A stretch of 29,628 bases of DNA, taken from NCBI GenBank assembly GCA_039630415.1, contig JBCNVB010000028.1:1-29628 (forward strand), in the 5' to 3' direction. The translations under genes were made by a program, and so were the position numbers. This DNA comes from a bacterium. GTDB taxonomy: Bacteria > DRYD01. Below, in pieces: positions 17,600 to 26,522 of this stretch (the first letter of the stretch is position 1; every line of letters starts with the position of its first letter). The notes below the pieces were generated by a model, which saw only the letters and a program-made list of their open reading frames with translations, was not told the DNA's origin and did no database searches.

Positions 17600-18348
17600 T
17601 GGTAACTCCTAATCAATCCCTCAGTTATCAACTTCCACCCATCTATACTTACAAATAATAACAGCTTAAACGGCAATGACACAACCATCGGAGACATCAT
17701 AAACATCCCCATAGCCATAAGAACCGATCCAACTATCATGTCTATTACTAAAAATGGCAAATATATCAAAAAACCTATGATAAATGCAGCCTTTAGCTCA
17801 GATAAAAGATAAGCAGGTATCAAAACCTGTAAAGGTATATCCTCAGGCTTTTCAGGCTTCTTTATCTTGGCATACTGTAAGAAAAATGTAATATCTTCGG
17901 GTTTAGTATGCTTAAACATAAACTTTTTATATATAGCAGCCGATCTACTTATGAACTCTTCCTGCGTTATTTTTCTTTCTAAATAAGGTTGCAAAGCATT
18001 CTGATTTATTTCCGTCAAAACAGGATTCAATATGTACAGCGTTACAAAAAAAGAAAAAGCTATTATTACCTGGTTTGGAGGTGTCTGCTGAGTTCCCATC
18101 GCTGACCTTAACATCGAAAAAACTATAACCACCCTAACATAGGGAGTCATCATTATCAAAATGTAAGGCGCTAAAGACAGTACAGTAACTAAACCTAAAG
18201 CTTTCAAAGGAGCAGCCAATGCATCCGTACTTTTGGTATCCTTAAACTGAACAGTAACATTTGGTAAATCTATTTTCGGCATCTCAGCTCCCCAACCAAT
18301 TAACACTATAAACAATAAAAATATAAATACCCCAATTGTAAACAACAT
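17596..18348 (-). CDS. fliP: Flagellar export gate protein FliP
   Basis: LSLAP..MMT, GTQQTPPNQV, SELK.AF.IGF.IYLPFLVID, MGMFMMSP..SLPFKLLLF..DGW. Confidence 0.93.
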   Translation of the reverse strand: MLFTIGVFIFLLFIVLIGWGAEMPKIDLPNVTVQFKDTKSTDALAAPLKALGLVTVLSLAPYILIMMTPYVRVVIVFSMLRSAMGTQQTPPNQVIIAFSFFVTLYILNPVLTEINQNALQPYLERKITQEEFISRSAAIYKKFMFKHTKPEDITFFLQYAKIKKPEKPEDIPLQVLIPAYLLSELKAAFIIGFLIYLPFLVIDMIVGSVLMAMGMFMMSPMVVSLPFKLLLFVSIDGWKLITEGLIRSYQ

Positions 18349-18360
18349 CTTATCACCTCA

Positions 18361-18627
18361 CTACTCCTTCCTACTTAATTCATTGAAATCAAATTCTTTA
18401 AGTAAAGTAATCATATTGTCCGCTACACCTATCATTAAAACTTTATTCCCTACCTTGACAAATACTATACCCTTATTCGGAGCTATATAAATCCTATCAA
18501 TAATTTCTGATATTTTGATACCTCCGGGATACTGCACTCTGTTAACAAATCTAAGAATAAAATATCCAATTGCTCCAAGAATCAGTGCATAGAAAACAAA
18601 TAACAAGCCCAATTGAAATAATTCCAT
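18361..18627 (-). CDS. fliO: FliO/FliZ-family flagellar biogenesis protein
   Basis: Single N-terminal TM; IIDR..IAPNK....VKVG.....IGV....ITLL pattern; position between fliN and fliP. Confidence 0.78.
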   Translation of the reverse strand: MELFQLGLLFVFYALILGAIGYFILRFVNRVQYPGGIKISEIIDRIYIAPNKGIVFVKVGNKVLMIGVADNMITLLKEFDFNELSRKE

Positions 18628-18630
18628 ATT

Positions 18631-18939
18631 CTATTTGACAATCTCTGTTATTCTTATTCCATAATTTTCGTTAACAGCAATAACTTCTCCTTTAGCTATA
18701 ATCTTTCCATTAACTAGAATATCGACAGGTTCTCCAGCAAGTTTATCCAATTCCACTACAGCTCCCACAGCCAATTTTAAAACATCTTTAACCAACATTT
18801 TGGTTCTGCCTATCTCAACTGTAACAGTTAGTGGAATATCTTGCAATAGATCAAGATTTGATTCGGCTGAGCTCGGAACATTGGTTTTTTCTAATTGGGG
18901 TAAGTTAAAAGGCTTTACAAAACTATCCTTGTCACTCAT
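18631..18939 (-). CDS. fliN: Flagellar motor switch protein FliN
   Basis: NLDLLQDIPLTVTVEIGRT..LDKLAGEPVDILVNG..IAKGEV..NYGIRITEI. Confidence 0.95.
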   Translation of the reverse strand: MSDKDSFVKPFNLPQLEKTNVPSSAESNLDLLQDIPLTVTVEIGRTKMLVKDVLKLAVGAVVELDKLAGEPVDILVNGKIIAKGEVIAVNENYGIRITEIVK

Positions 18940-18954
18940 TACATACTCCCTCCT

Positions 18955-19944
18955 CTATGAATACTCTTCAGCTTCTTCCTCACTTATCAGCCTGGTAATT
19001 TTGACACCTATCTTTTTACCTACCATTCCTATCGTTCCCAAAAATTTTGTTTTACCCTCAACCTTAATTTTAACTTCATCCCCAATTTTGTTATCCAAAG
19101 CTATGATATCACCTACTTCGAGATTTAACAAATCCCCAAAAAGAACCTCTGTTTTACCTAATTCAACAACTAACTCAACCTTACTAAGACTCAGATTTTT
19201 CTCACTCAAAATCTTAGTCTGATCTTTCAAAATTTTATTAAGTATATCCGGATTGACAGAAGTAGATATCACACTTTTTTGAGCTGGAACTAATTCTCTT
19301 AAATAATTGAATGGCAGTATAAAGTTAACCATCGATTCAATCATTTCAACTTTCATACTAAAATTCACTTTAGTAATGTTTGCAGTATAAGGTATAACCA
19401 AAGCCAAAGCAGCTTCAGAAGAAACTTTCTCAAGTTTGAGAAAACCCAGCTTTTTATTCTCCTGGGCTGAAATAGTATTAACTAACTTATTGTAGATCTT
19501 TACAAATTCTTCAACAAAGAAAGTCGTAAACAAATATATTTCAAGCTTAGTAAATTCTCTAATTTTGGATGAAACTTCCCCCTTCCCTCCCAGCAAAAGA
19601 TTTAAAAATATGAAAACCACGTAAGGATCAACAATAACAACAGATTTAGGATACACAGTTAAACTATCTTCAATGTCAAATCTCACTATCAAACTCGGGT
19701 TAGGAATAAAATCAATGAACTCAGAAAATTGCAAAACCTCAACAGACGAAAGTTCAAGCACCATCTTTCTCTGGATAATTTCAGATAAAGAAATGGATAA
19801 CTGTTCAAAAAAATCCTTAAAGAAACCCTGAATAAATTTACTCTCGGACGCCGTAAATTGAGCTTTGGTTATTGAAAAACTAGATCCCGCATCAAACTTG
19901 CCTATACTTTTTGAACCATATTTCTCAAAAGGATTTTGCCTCAT
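18955..19944 (-). CDS. fliM: Flagellar motor switch protein FliM, divergent, lacking the N-terminal CheY-binding peptide
   Basis: FSEFI..IPNPS, LLGGKG, REFTKLE, C-terminal SPOA domain (VELG....GDLLNLEVGDII.L); directly upstream of fliN. Confidence 0.85.
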   Translation of the reverse strand: MRQNPFEKYGSKSIGKFDAGSSFSITKAQFTASESKFIQGFFKDFFEQLSISLSEIIQRKMVLELSSVEVLQFSEFIDFIPNPSLIVRFDIEDSLTVYPKSVVIVDPYVVFIFLNLLLGGKGEVSSKIREFTKLEIYLFTTFFVEEFVKIYNKLVNTISAQENKKLGFLKLEKVSSEAALALVIPYTANITKVNFSMKVEMIESMVNFILPFNYLRELVPAQKSVISTSVNPDILNKILKDQTKILSEKNLSLSKVELVVELGKTEVLFGDLLNLEVGDIIALDNKIGDEVKIKVEGKTKFLGTIGMVGKKIGVKITRLISEEEAEEYS

Positions 19945-20002
19945 GTGAAAATATTTTCTCCTATATTAATTTCTTTACTCCCATTCATATCACCTTTATT
20001 AC

Positions 20003-20054
20003 CAACTTTTTACAACTTTTTAAAAAAATTCACTTAAACTAAACTAACCTAAAC
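20003..20054. repeat. Short tandem direct repeats in the divergent fliM/orphan intergenic region
   Basis: CAACTTTTTA x2 (20003-20022) and TAAAC-TAAAC-TAACC-TAAAC (20035-20054). Confidence 0.6.
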
Positions 20055-20101
20055 ATTAGCAAAAAATAAAGACCAAAAACTACAATGGGAGGAAAATAAA
20101 A

Positions 20102-20803
20102 ATGAATAGTATCTCTACAAGTATTGTACCAATAAAAACTAGAACCGACTTATCCCCCCAAGACATACTCAAAATAGATTTCTCTAAGATAGATAACTGT
20201 CTAGAGCACGCACTATTACCGTTCAATGACGCTTTTATACTGTCAAAAATTACTGAAAAGTTAAAACATAAGGAACATGCTCAAATACAAGGTACCTTTG
20301 CAAATCTACCTATAAAACTCGTTATCAAAGGTATAAACACCTCTACCTTACAAATACAAGGTAAAATAGGTAATAACGAAATCAATTCTAGCATAATATT
20401 TATGCAATCAGAAAATATGCCTTTTCATAAAAAACGAAGTCATGTTAAAAATATCGATCAAAACCTAATGCTCAATTCCTCTTACATTGAAGATTACCAA
20501 GGAAATGGAAGCCAAAATATATCCTCAGTATTACTAGCCGACTATAGTCAAAATATACCATACAGCCAATTCACATTAACATACGATCCTCAAAGCGAAA
20601 AAAGCTTTTATAAAGTCAAAAATCAACAAAATCAACACTTAGTCGAAGCAACCTACTCATCCCTTGTTACTAGCCACCCCACAAAAACAGTACAAACACA
20701 CCTACTCATGCAAGTAGATTCAAAAAAACAAAATAAACTACACGTCAAAGGCAAAATCATTCAAGAAAACCAAGAATGGATCATAAACTACAAAATAGAA
20801 TAA
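20102..20803 (+). CDS. Hypothetical protein (Q/N/S/H-rich)
   Basis: 233-aa ORF in AT-rich DNA; GGGAGG SD at 20087-20092; no recognised motif. Confidence 0.7.
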   Translation: MNSISTSIVPIKTRTDLSPQDILKIDFSKIDNCLEHALLPFNDAFILSKITEKLKHKEHAQIQGTFANLPIKLVIKGINTSTLQIQGKIGNNEINSSIIFMQSENMPFHKKRSHVKNIDQNLMLNSSYIEDYQGNGSQNISSVLLADYSQNIPYSQFTLTYDPQSEKSFYKVKNQQNQHLVEATYSSLVTSHPTKTVQTHLLMQVDSKKQNKLHVKGKIIQENQEWIINYKIE

Positions 20804-20819
20804 AACCACACTTGAAACC

Positions 20820-21485
20820 CTATAAGTACCTTTTTTGCAACTCAAGCAGATATTTAGAGGGTATGTAATTTAGTTTCCTAAATGCTAAACCAAAATAATT
20901 GAGCTGAGCAATTTGTTCAGTACAAATTGTTAAATCTATTGCTTTGTCCAAATTATTAGAAAAAACAACCAATCCATGGTTTCTCATTAAAACCACTGCC
21001 TGTGCAACATCATTTCTACCCCTATTTCCTTTTTTTACTTTCTCCACAACCGCCTTTGCTAACTCTAATGTACCAGGCACTTTGAAATCAACATAGTATA
21101 TCCTCCCGATCTTCAAGTAATATTCAGCTAACAAATCTAGTCTAATTTTCCTAGAAGTACACGAAAACAAACAGCAAAAAAATGGATGAGTATGAATTAC
21201 AAAATTTACCCTAGGAAAAGACTTATAAACTTCCAAATGTAAATGAATTTCACTAGTTTGCTTATACCCCGCCAATAAGTTATTATCCAAATCTACGATC
21301 GAAAGCATTTGAGGGGTTAATTTATTTTTGCTTACAGAAGATGGAGTACATACAACTATATTATCAATTTTAGCACTTATATTTCCCGAAGTAGATGGGA
21401 AAAAATCTTGTCCTAACTCTCGAATAACTCTCTCTATATATCCCCAACCTTTATTTCTTATATCATCAAAAATTTCAGAATTCAT
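20820..21485 (-). CDS. Class II aldolase/adducin family protein (FucA/MtnB/AraD-like)
   Basis: SGNISA, TPS, SE..LHL.VY, HTHP, PGT.ELA, RNHG. Confidence 0.9.
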   Translation of the reverse strand: MNSEIFDDIRNKGWGYIERVIRELGQDFFPSTSGNISAKIDNIVVCTPSSVSKNKLTPQMLSIVDLDNNLLAGYKQTSEIHLHLEVYKSFPRVNFVIHTHPFFCCLFSCTSRKIRLDLLAEYYLKIGRIYYVDFKVPGTLELAKAVVEKVKKGNRGRNDVAQAVVLMRNHGLVVFSNNLDKAIDLTICTEQIAQLNYFGLAFRKLNYIPSKYLLELQKRYL

Positions 21486-22297
21486 TCTTTTTTGGTTATA
21501 TTCAACTTAATACTTAAGGGTCTGTGATCAGAAACTCTTATAACACGTTGGTCTTCACGACTTTCAAGAACATCAAAACTACCCTGGATTACGAAATTTG
21601 ATAAATCATTTGTAACTCTGATGTAGTCTATGATATTTGATTTGATTGCTATATCAACAAAAGGAATAACTAATCGATAGAATGTAGGTAGATCAACATC
21701 TTTCGATTGTTTATCAATTGATCTAACATCGATAAAACCATTTTCTTCAAAAATTTTACTCACAGTGGATTGAGGTAAATCATTGTAATCTCCCATTATA
21801 ATTGTTGGAATATTTTTACTTTTTGCTATTTCTATTGTTCTTTGAGCTTCTTTTATTCTTTTTGAAACTGAGTATTCATCCATTCTCGCTTTGAAATGAA
21901 CACTAAAAACTCTAACCTCAAACCCAGGAGAAAGTTCTACTATTGCCTCAACAGGGGGTCTAGCAAAAGTTTGATCATCATGAATAATATAGCTTTTAAC
22001 TGGGTATTTCTTATCGATAAGTAAAGCACATGCTATACCTCTTATATCACTTTTTCCAACAAATACATGATATTTATCCTTTAGTCCTGCAATAGAAAGT
22101 ACTTCATTTAGTATCTGCTCATTTTCAACTTCTTGAAGTGCTATTATGTCACTGTTAAGATTTTTGAGTATGCCCGCTAAGTCTTTTTTAAGCTTATCTG
22201 ATTTTGGTGGACCATCTTGCTTTATTGGATCATCAAAATTGTCAAATAAGTCCTTTACATTATAGGAAGTTAACTTTATACTTAAATCTATTCTCAT
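21482..22297 (-). CDS. Endonuclease/exonuclease/phosphatase (EEP) family protein
   Basis: SYNV, ALQEVE, HFK, GDYND, IDY, SDHRP; GGAGG SD upstream. Confidence 0.9.
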   Translation of the reverse strand: MRIDLSIKLTSYNVKDLFDNFDDPIKQDGPPKSDKLKKDLAGILKNLNSDIIALQEVENEQILNEVLSIAGLKDKYHVFVGKSDIRGIACALLIDKKYPVKSYIIHDDQTFARPPVEAIVELSPGFEVRVFSVHFKARMDEYSVSKRIKEAQRTIEIAKSKNIPTIIMGDYNDLPQSTVSKIFEENGFIDVRSIDKQSKDVDLPTFYRLVIPFVDIAIKSNIIDYIRVTNDLSNFVIQGSFDVLESREDQRVIRVSDHRPLSIKLNITKKE

Positions 22298-22357
22298 TTA
22301 CCCTCCACAAAAATTTTTTTCATATCCATTAACTTTCAAAATGAATATGTAACTTGT

Positions 22358-23647
22358 CTACTTAGATGTTAAAAGCTTGTAAAATTTAATTGAAGCGATA
22401 ATTCTATCAACTATGCTAGTCCCTTCTAGAAAACTACCTAAAATGTATATCTTCCAGTTTTGGAGTTTCCTTGCTATTACTTTAAGATCCTCTAAAACAT
22501 TAAAGTAAAACCTATCATAGTCAAGTAAAGAATTTACCCAATCGATTCTTATATGATCTACTATATTACCTTCAAATTCATACCCCAGTCTTCCGAAGAA
22601 ATCACTCAATTGATTAAGAATCTTTTCAAACCCACATCCATCCGAAAAAATCCTCAATATCTCTACTTCATAATTACTATACCATTTCTTGCTAAAGAAA
22701 GTAATCGATTTTAAATTGGGATACAAAGATGTTTTAAATATAATCCCGCTCGCTTTAAAGCTTATCAAATTATTTAGAACAAATATATCTATGAAAGCTG
22801 AATGGTAAGAAATCTTGGATAACCTTTCATAAAAACTACTTAATAAGTTACTTAGCTCCGATGAATTAGTACTAATGCTATTTACTAAAGATCTTATGCT
22901 CATTGCATCACCTGTAAAAACTAGCTTATCTACCTTATACTTCTCATTAAGCAAAAACCCGTCTTCTAGATGACGAACACTAGTTATCCTTTCCTTAAGT
23001 ATTTGCAAACCCTTGGAAAGAAAATTTTCAACTAAAAAGTTCAAACCCTTAGGATGATTAAACATTTTCGTAGGTTTATATACTCCAGCTCTAAATTTAC
23101 TTAGATAAGGGTAAACAAATTTTGTAACCAATCTAGAACAAGGAATTCCAAAAACAGTTTCAAACAAAGGAAAAATAATCCTATCACAAAATACCCTATC
23201 AAACCTTCTATAACAGTACTCATCAAGAGTACAATCCAAATCTTTACCAGATTGGTCAGATTTAAACAAGTTAAATAACAATCTATACACAAGTTTTAGC
23301 TTTTGATTGGTTGGAATTAGAGAAGTTTGAATAAATTCAAACCAAGAATTAGGAAAAAGTCCAATTCTATCATCCAATAAGACATAGACCCTATTTAGTT
23401 TTATAAAATTTTTGTTTTCAAATAAGCCAGGTAGGAACTGATGTATTTGTGATATCTTAGATTCTTCAAACACTATTGAATCAGGTCCCAGCTCAATAAA
23501 ATAATCCTTGCCCTTGTAACTTCGATATATAGTTCTTATTTTCCCACCAATATTGTCAGACTCAAAAACTATAGATTGAATATGATTTCTTTGTAAAATC
23601 TTAGCTAAAGATAAGCCAGTAATACCCCCACCGATTATACCTATCAT
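22358..23647 (-). CDS. hemY: HemY-type proto/coproporphyrinogen oxidase-like FAD oxidoreductase, divergent
   Basis: IGIIGGGITGLS, GGKIRT, ELGPDS, ...RRF....DRIIFPL...FG pattern. Confidence 0.65.
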   Translation of the reverse strand: MIGIIGGGITGLSLAKILQRNHIQSIVFESDNIGGKIRTIYRSYKGKDYFIELGPDSIVFEESKISQIHQFLPGLFENKNFIKLNRVYVLLDDRIGLFPNSWFEFIQTSLIPTNQKLKLVYRLLFNLFKSDQSGKDLDCTLDEYCYRRFDRVFCDRIIFPLFETVFGIPCSRLVTKFVYPYLSKFRAGVYKPTKMFNHPKGLNFLVENFLSKGLQILKERITSVRHLEDGFLLNEKYKVDKLVFTGDAMSIRSLVNSISTNSSELSNLLSSFYERLSKISYHSAFIDIFVLNNLISFKASGIIFKTSLYPNLKSITFFSKKWYSNYEVEILRIFSDGCGFEKILNQLSDFFGRLGYEFEGNIVDHIRIDWVNSLLDYDRFYFNVLEDLKVIARKLQNWKIYILGSFLEGTSIVDRIIASIKFYKLLTSK

Positions 23648-24561
23648 GAAGGATAATTTTTAATAACCCACAAAATGGCACTTCTCGAAGGCTTATTTAT
23701 CATAATCTCATCTTTCGTAGGCTTATACTTTTCAAATGATAATCCTGTTTGTTTTAGAAAACCTTTTATCATTCTGCCCTCTAGAGAATGATAAGATATG
23801 ATCAAAAGCAAAAAATCCTTTCGATAATTGTTAAAAAATTGGAGTAATTTAGATAATTGCTCTAATTCTTGATTCACATAAATTCTTAAGGCTAAATATA
23901 CTTTTTGTAGTATATCCTTCATGGATTTAGCAGAAACAACCTTTGATATAGCTTGATTAAGATCAAAAGTAGTATTTAAACTTCTTCTCTCCCTTGCTTT
24001 TACAATAGCTCCACATATTCTCTTAGATAAATTGAGATCCTCCAAAACTCTATCGATTATTTCAATTAATTTTTTTTCTTCAAAAAAATTCAATATCTCA
24101 TAGACAGTAGTACCTTCACCAGAGTATCTCATATCAAGAAAACTATTTATGTTGAAACTAAATCCTTTCTTATTTTTAATTTGATAGTAAGATATCCCCA
24201 AGTCAGCTAAAGTGATAAGAAAATCAGTTTGCTCAAATTTCTTTCTATATGAATTAAAACCATTGCATAAGAAATCCCCAAACCTGTGGTTAATTATATA
24301 TACTCTCGATAAATCACTAGTATTAAAATAACTGTATATTTTGGATTTGGCTATTTGAATACTGTCAAAATCACAGTCTATCAAAAAAAAAGTAGCCATT
24401 TCTAAGATTGGAAAAATAGAAAAGAAGTGTCCTGCTAACCCCAACGTACAATCGATAAAAACAACTTCTTTTTGAAAATTCAAAAGCTTATCCTTTTCTT
24501 GACTGATAATTTCAATAATTTTATCCTTCAAAACAGGGAAATGCCTATAGTCATCATTCAT
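23644..24561 (-). CDS. rsmH: 16S rRNA m4C1402 methyltransferase (MraW), divergent
   Basis: HFPVL, DCTLG.AGH, DLGIS..Q, GFSF...LDMR, ALRIYVNQEL, ISYHSLE, SRSA.L. Confidence 0.9.
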   Translation of the reverse strand: MNDDYRHFPVLKDKIIEIISQEKDKLLNFQKEVVFIDCTLGLAGHFFSIFPILEMATFFLIDCDFDSIQIAKSKIYSYFNTSDLSRVYIINHRFGDFLCNGFNSYRKKFEQTDFLITLADLGISYYQIKNKKGFSFNINSFLDMRYSGEGTTVYEILNFFEEKKLIEIIDRVLEDLNLSKRICGAIVKARERRSLNTTFDLNQAISKVVSAKSMKDILQKVYLALRIYVNQELEQLSKLLQFFNNYRKDFLLLIISYHSLEGRMIKGFLKQTGLSFEKYKPTKDEIMINKPSRSAILWVIKNYPS

Positions 24562-25717
24562 ATATTACATTTATCTTTTTGTTGGTTGATGGCAATTGAG
24601 ATACTGATTTTATTTGTACTTTTATCAAGTTAGACTCAATCCCTTCTTTAAGTTGCCAATTTCTGTTTTTAAGCAGTTCAATGTATTCATGAATTTGCTT
24701 TTGAGAAATTTCTGAAGAAGATTGTACTAACACCGTAACTAGCGAATCTTGCTTATTAATAACAAGAGTTATAGGGTAAGGATAGAATACATAAGCAAAA
24801 TCTTGATAATAAAAATCAAAACTGGCTAATCTAATCCAATCATCATACCTACCAATCAACTCAATAGTAGGTAAATTACACCCACAGCTACTTTTTACCC
24901 ACTTACCTAAATCACCTGTTCTGTATCTAATAATCGGACAAAGATATCTATCAAGATTTGTAACTACAATTTCACCTACTTGATTAAGCTCTGTTATAGG
25001 TTTACCCGTATCTATATCTATGATTTCCACAATTTGATGAGAAGTAAAGATATGGTGTAACGGAATTGGTATATTTGAGCATTGAAATCCAATTATATCT
25101 GCATCAACGCTAGCATATCCTCCAGAATAAATTATACAACCCCTGCTTTTGAAAAATTCTATTTGCTGTGGTAAAAAATTCTCACCAGCATAATATATTT
25201 TTCTTACAAAATCCCAATCGTTTTCAAAAACGTTAACTATTTGCGTTGGTATTCCCACTATACAGTTAGGTCTAAAATTGGAAATAAAAAACTTAGTTAA
25301 CATAAGATCAGTATTCCCTGCTATAGGTAAAATAGAACACCCTATTTTTTCAAGAGCCCTACTAACGAAAAGAAAAGATGCCCACATATTTCCAGCCATG
25401 AACAGATTAGCTACCAAATCCTGCTCGTCTATACCTCTATAACACTCAACCAAATATTGGCAAACTGTTTCAAACTCTTGAAAACTATATCCTATGTACT
25501 TGGGTTTACCCGTTGTACCACCTGTACTAAAAATGTATCCTACCTTCATTCCCCGACTAACTAGTGTTTTATCACCACTATAACCATGTTCGTAAATATC
25601 CTGCCTAGTTAAAAACGGAATATCTTCAAAATTACCCTTAAAATCCTTCAAAACTGAAGAGTAGTAATGATTATTTTTACTTACAAAATCCAACAAATTT
25701 ATCAACTTCTCGTTCAT
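24554..25717 (-). CDS. Phenylacetate-CoA ligase-like (PaaK/ANL superfamily) adenylating enzyme
   Basis: STGGTTGKPK P-loop, YAGE, GYASVD, GEIVVTNL, PIIRYRTGD, GR.DD. Confidence 0.85.
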   Translation of the reverse strand: MNEKLINLLDFVSKNNHYYSSVLKDFKGNFEDIPFLTRQDIYEHGYSGDKTLVSRGMKVGYIFSTGGTTGKPKYIGYSFQEFETVCQYLVECYRGIDEQDLVANLFMAGNMWASFLFVSRALEKIGCSILPIAGNTDLMLTKFFISNFRPNCIVGIPTQIVNVFENDWDFVRKIYYAGENFLPQQIEFFKSRGCIIYSGGYASVDADIIGFQCSNIPIPLHHIFTSHQIVEIIDIDTGKPITELNQVGEIVVTNLDRYLCPIIRYRTGDLGKWVKSSCGCNLPTIELIGRYDDWIRLASFDFYYQDFAYVFYPYPITLVINKQDSLVTVLVQSSSEISQKQIHEYIELLKNRNWQLKEGIESNLIKVQIKSVSQLPSTNKKINVIYE

Positions 25718-26373
25718 AAACCATACGCCTTGAAAACTATGTTGATCTTAAATATTCCCATAACAAAAAGCGAAAGAATAAACACCAAAAACATAGCTCC
25801 AAAAGTTAAATAATACTTCCAGTCAAACCTATAGTTAAAAATAACAAATAAAACAATTTTGAAAATTTTATAAACGTAAAAAAAGATAGAAAAAGCCAAA
25901 ACATACAAAAGATACTTAATCACAAAAGCCGTAATGATAAACAATATAGTAGCAAATGCCTCATACAAAGCCATATTCAAGATTAACTTATTATTGACAT
26001 TCATTTCAGTGTTAGGTAGATTCTTTAAGAAACACTCGGCATATAAAAAAATTAAGCCCAGGTAAAATCCAACGTAAAACCCACTAAAATATCTAATTAA
26101 GTTATTAGTTTCTCTCATACCCAAGTAAGATGTAGCACCATCCACTCCAAAAATTAACAAATGAATCAAAAATAAAACAATTATAGCAATAATGTCTAGT
26201 TTATAATTTTTAGTGAAAACAATAAGAAAAGAAAAAAGAAACCCCAAATAAGTTCCGGTGTCTCTAGCACACACAAAAAACTGTTTGCCATCAAAACTTT
26301 GAAAACTCCTCTCCGCTATCTGATGACAAAGCGGAGAAAAAATCCTAAACAAAAAATCGTACAATAAATCCAT
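25714..26373 (-). CDS. DUF2085-like membrane protein
   Basis: CHQ..ERS.......CARDTG.Y.G, DG..S......NN..R..SG; multiple TM segments. Confidence 0.75.
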   Translation of the reverse strand: MDLLYDFLFRIFSPLCHQIAERSFQSFDGKQFFVCARDTGTYLGFLFSFLIVFTKNYKLDIIAIIVLFLIHLLIFGVDGATSYLGMRETNNLIRYFSGFYVGFYLGLIFLYAECFLKNLPNTEMNVNNKLILNMALYEAFATILFIITAFVIKYLLYVLAFSIFFYVYKIFKIVLFVIFNYRFDWKYYLTFGAMFLVFILSLFVMGIFKINIVFKAYGL

Positions 26374-26418
26374 ACTTAAAGATAGATTTCTTCAATTTTT
26401 ATCAAGCAACCTGCAATA

Positions 26419-26492
26419 CTTTTTTTACAAATAATCCTCTTTTTTTACAAAATTAACTAATTTGAACTTTTAAAAATGCTTTTTTTAAACAA
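26419..26492. repeat. Phased direct repeats upstream of the Q-rich orphan
   Basis: CTTTTTTTACAAA at 26419 and 26439 (20-bp period); variant CTTTTTTTAAACAA at 26479. Confidence 0.6.
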
Positions 26493-26522
26493 TGAATAAT
26501 AGTATTACAGGAGGTGATAAAA

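Noticed and set aside
17596-18348. Calling FliP/FliQ injectisome SctR/SctS because of the MMSP motif
   Set aside because: SP also occurs in bona fide FliP; GTQQTPPNQ, a signal-like N-terminus and flanking fliO/fliN/fliM indicate flagellar lineage.
19945-20101. Sigma28 promoter for fliM or the orphans
   Set aside because: No acceptable TAAA-N15-GCCGATAA match on either strand here or at 26374-26522.
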